From the NCBI GenBank assembly GCA_964035545.1, contig OZ037768.1, forward strand, positions 7,348,741 through 7,412,740: a DNA stretch of 64,000 nt, given 5' to 3'. The stretch comes from Bugula neritina. Lineage: Eukaryota > Animalia > Bryozoa. Shown one piece after another: positions 56,587-64,000 of the stretch (positions are counted from its first letter, which is position 1; every line of letters starts with the position of its first letter). The notes under the pieces are model-generated. The model saw nothing but the letters and a program-made list of their open reading frames with translations, was not told where the DNA came from and searched no databases. The translations under genes were made by a program, and so were the position numbers.

Positions 56587-57554
56587 GCCATGACTATGCC
56601 CATGACATGTTGATGCCCATTGACTATCTTAGTCCCATTTCTAACACTAGCAACAACAGTAAAGATAACACTTAATGTACTGACAGCTGTGAGTTAAACT
56701 TAAACTTGGAGCGTAAAATTAAGTTATTAACTAAACTCCGTCTAAGTCTTACTCCTAAAAATACAATGTTAATAATTGATCTATTTGATTATATTCTCTT
56801 TCTGATTCTCATTCCGCATTCGTTAGTCTTGCTAAGCGGTAAGCCTAAAGATATTGGCAATGTTATTACTTATACTTATAGTTAATGTTAGTTATTATTA
56901 ATACTATAAGTATAATTATTAGTATTTGGCATAATAATAATTCACTAATTGCCTTTAGATTTAGCATTAGCCATTAGGCCTACTTTTATTTAATTTTCTC
57001 AAAGTTATTTCAAAAACAAATGATTATCACAATCATTGTCATTATCACTTGTCCTTGATTTAATTTTATGATCATGATCATCATTATCAACATGAGTATC
57101 ATTATGATTATGAGTCTTATCAACATAATTTTGATTATTATGGTCATTTTCATTTTGACTTTTAAATTTAATACATAATTACAAAATTACTCAGAAAATC
57201 AACGTTGATAAAGTTTGATATTGCAAAATAATATAATAGTACATACTAATATAATATCATGATCTTAAATCTGTAAACGTTTCATCTTTCTGGTTAACCA
57301 GGACCAGAAGTCATCTGACGCGGTTTATCAATTTAAATGGTAGTGCAACAGCAATGGTAACAGTATAATTTTCTAACCATTGATCAGTCATAGACAGAGC
57401 GATTCCAGCTGGAGGATTTTCAGCAGACTCTCCCTGTTTGTTGATTAGCTAAAATCCATATTAATTGCGTATCTAAAATGTCTTTGGGTTGTATAGATAG
57501 TAGCGATTCAAGAGCAACTCATTTCTAATATTAATTTAGTGAGTGTCACTCATT

Positions 57555-58610
57555 AAACTTAATAATATAATTGATAGTTGCAAAAAGACACACTTAGTAT
57601 TACAATACTATAACTCAACTATAAGTATAACAATAAGTATAACAGTAAATTTAATGATTAACTATGAAGTTTTTCTGAACCACTGGCCCTTGTCTAATTC
57701 AAATTGTTCTACTAGTACTTTTAAAAGTTTCAAACTTTTAGTTTTGCAAGTCAGATTAAATTACTATTATATTTAAAAATTAAAATTGCATTTGCTGTAA
57801 TTCAAATTTAATTGAAAATTATTTGGCACCCCCAGTTTGATCTTAGCTTTTGATCCTTTGATCCGAATGAAATTCAAATTCGAATTGTAGCAAAAATAAG
57901 AACTAAAAAATCTTTCAATCAAAAACATATTAAAATTTAATGGTCTTTACATTTATACTTTAGTTTAAATTACAAACATCACATACTGATACTCATAGTT
58001 CATAGGAAAACCTGTCGTTTAGAAATTAGTAATACTAATAGTTGCCTGTATAATAAAAGCTTGAAAACTTGAAGCTAATAATTATATCACTCAGTCACTG
58101 AGTGATATAATTATTAGCTTTTATCATACAGGCAACTATTAGTATTACTAATTTCTAAACGACAGGTTTTCCTATGGACTATGAGTATCAGTATGTGATG
58201 TTTGTAATTTAAACTAAAGTATAAATGTAAAGACCATTAAATTTTAATATGTTTTTGATTGAAAGATTTTTTAGTTCTTATTTTTGCTACAATTCGAATT
58301 TGAATTTCATTCGGATCAAAGGATCAAAAGCTAAGATCAAACTGGGGGTGCCAAATAATTTTCAATTAAATTTGAATTACAGCAAATGCAATTTTAACTT
58401 TTAAATATAATAGTAATTTAATCTGACTTGTAAAAGTTTGAAACTTTTAAAAGTAGAACAATTTGAATTAGCCAAGGGCCAGTGGTTCAGAAAAACTTCA
58501 TAGGTAATCATTAAATTTACTGTTATACTTATTGTTATACTTATAGTTGAGTTATAGTATTGTAATACTAATTGTGTCTTTTTGCAACTATCAATTATAT
58601 TATTAAGTTT
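57555..58610. repeat. ~1.06-kb palindrome (arms 57555-58095 and 58097-58610, 1-nt centre)
   Basis: Centre reads ATATCACTCAGT-C-ACTGAGTGATAT. The arms match in reverse complement apart from a few substitutions and three short indels (~27 bp net). Confidence 0.93.
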
Positions 58611-59061
58611 TAGCTCTCATTTTATTAGTGAGGGTTTGGAATCATAATGGCATATCTATAAAAATTAGGTTATGATCACATAAGTACATTATCTAATGAT
58701 GTAATTCTATAAAATTGTGAATGTGATCATACACCTACAGTCACACGTTATAGCAGAGTTTGAGTTACACATTGACATTCATTATGATTATCATTTTGGC
58801 CTATAAGTGTAATGCTGAAATTAACGATGGCAACACTGATAGATAGTTTTTTTCAAATATGCAAATAATATTTAATTTAATATGAATTATAAAACAAAAA
58901 TATATTAATTATTAAATAAGCAGCTTGTATTTTTATATCACTTTTGAGGTTTTATAAGAATTTTTGTTAATGAGATCGATGTAAAAATGCTTGAGTTATT
59001 CATTGATGTGCTATTGTTTTAAAAATCTAATTCATTGGCTTTTTTCAAATTTGTTGCAGGT

Positions 59062-61450
59062 ATGGATTCTGGAAAATATCTAGAACCTCTTGTTAGGCGT
59101 GCTATTCAAGAAAAGTTCCCAGAAAGCCTCCATACGATTTTTGAGATTTTTAAGCGTGCATTTACACATGGATCGACTATGTCATTAAATTCTAATGCCA
59201 TACCTGGTATAGGAGAAAATCTGAACGATGCAATTAGGCAGTTGATTATTGACAATATATTCACTATAAAAGGAGCCGTAAGTGAATGTCGATTGTATAT
59301 CTATATTATTTTTTATCAAATTATTAAATATCCTGTTTTACAGCTTGAAGTTCTGTTCATATTGAAGAATTTCCGTGAACAACACAGCCATTATATATTT
59401 AAAAAAAACCAGTGAATTTTAAACTCAAGAAAGTAGAGACCTCCTTAAACCACAAAACTCTGATTGGTTTAGCAGTATAGAAATAGCATATCTCTTAGCT
59501 AACAGGCACACTTCTTTACAAAACTCTCTATAAATATAACTCATCAATACCATGCAAGCTGTTTCTCTATTTCTAATAGATACAGAACATTTTCCAGCAA
59601 GAGAACTTTGCTATTTCAATGTGCTCTTCATCATGATTCTGTTTTCTAATGACCAATTTTATCACCTTTATTTTGTACAAAATATCCCAATGGCCTTTAG
59701 TCTTATTGAATATGCATTATCATATCAAAAACTTTATCTTTTTCTGTTGTCCTTTACCAGCCAAGTGTGCTGGTTTTGAAGTTGCCTTCTCTGTGTAACA
59801 TTTTGGTGATATTATTGAAATGCCTCCCTATTTTTAAAGTTGTGTGCCCACTTTGTGTTTGCTGAATGTATATATCATTGCTGGAATATTCGCAACTTTT
59901 GATATGTTGTATTATTTTTATAAAAACATTGTTTTTAACCAATTTTAAAATATATTTCCTAGGTAATGGATTCGATAACAGAGCTGGATGTGATACAAAA
60001 ACTTGCTGAGCTTTTCGAGACTCAAAAGAAGTTAGACTGTCTAGAACTAATATTTCCTGCCGATAACCCACACGTCCACAGTCTCTTCTGCAAGCTTGTC
60101 TCATTTTCTCTTTCAGTTAAATGTACTCTCTGCCTAAGGAAATGTGCTAAATATTTAAAAGTAAGTTTTTTTTTAATTTCAGCTATTGTGATAGTATATT
60201 GTAGAATACGCATTTATATGAGATAGTTATTTTATTTTGTTATTTATCAATGATAAAATATACGTTACATATTATTATAACCCAGTAACATTATAATTTA
60301 ATTTTCATCCCTTGTTGCATCCTACCATAATTCTAAAATAATTGGATTTGTCTAGAATGTCCACCTATTTTTATTTCTTATGCTTACTCAGTTTTAAATG
60401 TAAATCACGAGTTGTTACATGCTGTTTTCATTGCTTTAGTCCCTAGACATGTCTCACCAACTCAAGGTGGCTGTGGTTAAAACTCTGCGTACGGATTTCT
60501 GTCGCAACTCCTCAATCAACATACAGGATATTCTCCAGCTACCAGTGTACGCCAAAGATCTGGCCGTGATCTTCATTAACACAACATTTGCTTTCGCTGG
60601 TCCATCCGACGGTAATTGTCAAACGATTATTTTTGCATTAATTCAAAACATATCATACACATATATGTAATATACTATATATAATTTGTTAGAGTTTAAA
60701 ACAAATTATAAAATAAAATTTTTAAGTCGATCTTTCTAGTAAGTGTCTTGGTTTTCATACCTCATTGTTTTGTTTAGAAGCTGCAGAAGTTCGAATCTTA
60801 TCTGAGTGGCTGTCAAAAGACGCTGATTTGCTGACGATGGTGAAGCCGTTTCTCTCTAGCATCATATGCTGGTACATCAGACTGGTGTGCAGGGCTGGAC
60901 ACGATGAACAGCACATTTGGAAAATCCACTTAGCAATTCTAGAAGTCACCCAGCAGCGCGCCAATTCAGCTTCACATAGAGGAGTCAAGAAACACGCTTT
61001 CCTGACGTAAGCATTCTGTTACTGCTGATGGTTTTTATCTATTTCGTTTGTAAATAGTATTTGTTTTTGTTGACAATTGTGTTGTAAAATTTATCATTTT
61101 ACGGAAGATGTGTAAAAATATTCTGCGATTGTAATCTTTTTATAGATTCATCCTGCATTGTTTACTGTGATGACGCGTTTGATGTTTTATCCATCCTCAT
61201 GTTTTGTCAAGTTTTTAATCTTATTTTTAGTTTGCTGAGCTAAAATTATCTTCTTATCACACTTTACAGATTTCCTACTATTTACAAGTATTATGCTATA
61301 ACTATAGTGATATCAAATTGGGTGTTGTTAGGGGAGAAAATGCCAAATCGTGGGTTTTATGTTTATCTGGAACTTCCACTGTGGCTACAGATATGGTGTT
61401 GCAGCTACTTCATGTGTTTATTAGTACAGGAGCTCTGAATATCACTAAAG
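59062..61450 (+). CDS. INTS15: Integrator subunit 15 / C7orf26-like (DUF4507), multi-exon; terminal exon unresolved (candidate 62670-62788)
   Basis: MDSITELDVIQKLAELFETQ, LFCKLVSFSLSV..LRKCAKYL, KIHLAILEV and DMVLQLLHVFISTGAL parallel human C7orf26 (LNSLQELQLLE, LLGKLVSMAVAV..LECAASWL, KLHLSVLQV, DRLAQALQVAMASGAL; recalled). Confidence 0.75.
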
Positions 61451-64000
61451 GTTTGTTTACTCTTCAGTTTTCTAATGCCAAGAGGTGTAGTAAATATAAT
61501 GTATAAGAGCTGTACTAAAGGAATGTTATGTGTTTAGTTATTTTGAAGGTGAGACCAGGGTTTGTCAAACTGTTTGCTTATTCATTATTCTTTGTCAGAG
61601 TTTCTTGAGTTATTCAAATGAAGATATGCTTTTAGTACAATTCTTTTTTTCGAAAGTGAATTTTTCAAATAATCTTTTTTGATATTCAGTTATCGTTTTA
61701 CCTGCAATTGACATTAGATATCATGCTTGTAAATGCAAGAACTAGAAGTATCTAATGTGTTGAATAGAAAAAAGAAAAACTGGAAATTTACTTTTTTGCT
61801 TTAAAATTTGATATCTGTAAATATAAAATGATTAAATAATACTAAATTTTATGTCATCTCTTTAAATACAAACTGCAATATAAAAGTAAAATGCATTTTA
61901 GTTAGTTATATAATTTTAAGTTAACAGATTGTAAATATTTTGAGAAGTCAAGTTGCAAAGTTTCACTTTGCATGTACTAGTGATTCTGCCAGTGTCTGTA
62001 TTAAAGTCTGAAATTTTAAACATTTATATAACTGAACAATGGTTTTACATTATGTTATATTAAATATCCGGCTACTGTCATGGCTACAATTGATTTCTCG
62101 TTTTTCATTCTTATATTGCACAAAGTTCTGGTTGCCGCAGAGGTTACTGTTATGGAAGATGTCATTTGAATCAATGACATCTGAGACAATGGGTTTAAAT
62201 TAATTCATAAGTTTATTGGACAATAATTTGTGGTATTCATATGATCCATGTCGCCAAACCTTATTCCACGGGCCCATCACAAACAAGTACAACTGTTTTT
62301 TGCTCTCTGCTAATATAATAATCATTTTTAAATTTACATAATGAATGATAATCAGCCACATGCTCTGTCCAAACCTACCCTCGTACTCAAACTGCACCCA
62401 GAAGTAAACTGCTACACTGAAAATCTGTACAGTTTATTAATATATTGAATATTTTTGTGAGCTGGCATGAAAATATCTTAATTTCGAACCAACCTTTTAT
62501 GACTGCTGATTTCTAAATGTTTGATTATCATTTAATCATGGATTTTCACACCCTTTATACTATTTTCATGCAATTTTAAAATGTAGAAGTATTTCCGATA
62601 ATAAGTAAAGTGCAATTGGGATTTGTCAATATGACTTGCTATAAAATGGCTTTCCATGTATTCTCTTAGATTCCTACAAGCATACAGATTTTAAAGATAT
62701 TCTGTCAGATCTATGTAATTACATTTTAAGGAAACCCGTTTTCTTTTTAAATACTGACTTTCTCATGAACATCATTAGGTCAACTTAAACTATATAAACC
62801 ATAATAGCAACATGCCACTCAATTTTCAAGTGTTTCCGTTATCTACCTACTAAATTATTACACTTGTGTTATATCACTCTAACTTTAAATCATTATTAAG
62901 CAATTTTGTTTTTATAACAATTATTTGGAGCATAATCTAATTACTTTAAAGAAAAAAATCCACCCAGAAATTAAACTTCTACTTCCAGCTTTCTTTGCTG
63001 CATAGTATGCTTTCGAGTGTAGTTTCTGGATTAATTAATGGAAATGTAAATATTTTAAGATCAAGGATAAATTAGAATAGGAAATTATGTTTTAACAACC
63101 ACTCCCATATTAGCCGCACCTAATTGTATGCAACCATGCAGCCAACCGTGTACAGCACAGTTGGTGGTTGTGGAGAAGGGAGTTGTCTTGCTCTACACTC
63201 TCTGAGCAGTTGAAACAGAGACTTTCTGTTGAATATTCTGTGCAAATTTTGCATTCAAATGTGAGTCATGAGAAACATGTGTACTATAAGTGGTCATATC
63301 ATTAGAGTATATAATATAAAAGTTTCCTGTCCTCTCTACTTCTCTCTGACCAATAATATATAGGAAATTTCCTTTATCTGCAGAAAAAGAAAATAAGCTA
63401 CAAGTTAATGTTTATGTAAAGTTTGAAAGAGTTATTGTTAGACTATTGTTTTTATTGATCATTAATTTTTTTTGCAGTTTTTATGTTTAATATACTGCTT
63501 ATACAATGTTGACTGTAATGTAAACAAACTCCAAATATTAGTAGCAGTGAAGTTAATAAAATATGGTTTGAATATAGGCATTCAGTTTGACCATTTGCTG
63601 GCAACATAATAAACCTTGTAGTAAATTAATATAAACACCATCCCTGGTATTGCTGTTTCTAAACTTGCGTAATCTTATTAATACCAGTTGAATAATAATG
63701 CAGAAAACAAAATTATGTCTTTTTTTCTAGAAAAATTGAGTCCTAATAACATTATAATTAGCTTAACGTAAAGTACCCTCTCCTCAGGTGACATGAAATT
63801 CAAGTTTAAGTTATAGTATTAAAATTTATATCATGTTATCATATGATAAGAAATGTCCTAAGTTAATTTATTTTATTTCATACTTTTTCAGAGAGTAATT
63901 ACTAATTATATCATATACAGAGTAACTTCCCTTTCAATATAGATTATTTTGTTGGAATATAGTATCAATAATTTTAATTTGTAAACATTTTTGGACTTGG

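Noticed and set aside
57270-57530. Structured ncRNA in the GC-richer island next to the palindrome
   Set aside because: Only short hairpins; no recognisable snRNA, snoRNA, SRP or RNase P motif. It may be a 5' UTR exon or promoter.
62150-63260. Minus-strand exons of a convergent gene (ORF 62200-62397; ~63120-63240)
   Set aside because: No recognisable homology, and it conflicts with the uncertain INTS15 last exon; left uncalled.

Overview
AT-rich, intron-rich animal (invertebrate-type) genomic DNA. The dominant feature is a complete, apparently intact 15.7-kb Polinton/Maverick (adintovirus-type endogenous virus) at 9616-25354, with AGTAGT...ACTACT ends, 182/208-bp TIRs and a TATATA 6-bp TSD, inserted in an (ACTAT)n-like microsatellite and most likely inside an intron of a FAM107 gene. 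All element genes are on the + strand. The left block contains a type-II membrane ORF, a 3-exon putative SSB gene, a ~109-bp TATA/palindrome repeat array, a spliced protein-primed PolB (ZnF, OTU-like, exonuclease, Vsr-like and polymerase parts, with an intron inside motif B) and a Bcl-2-like ORF. The right block is compact and intronless: packaging ATPase, two adenain-substrate core proteins, a conserved unknown, RVE-chromo integrase, penton, major capsid and adenain protease. Host genes reconstructed by hand from splice sites: FAM107 (+), GIT ArfGAP (-), a short 8-exon CTC1-like gene that the ORF track mostly misses (+), TPPP/p25 (+), TMEM245 (-) and INTS15/C7orf26 (+). Also present are two tRNA-derived SINEs, three MITEs and a ~1.06-kb palindrome with a 1-nt centre between TMEM245 and INTS15. 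All homology calls come from motif recognition by eye and from memory; no database search was run.
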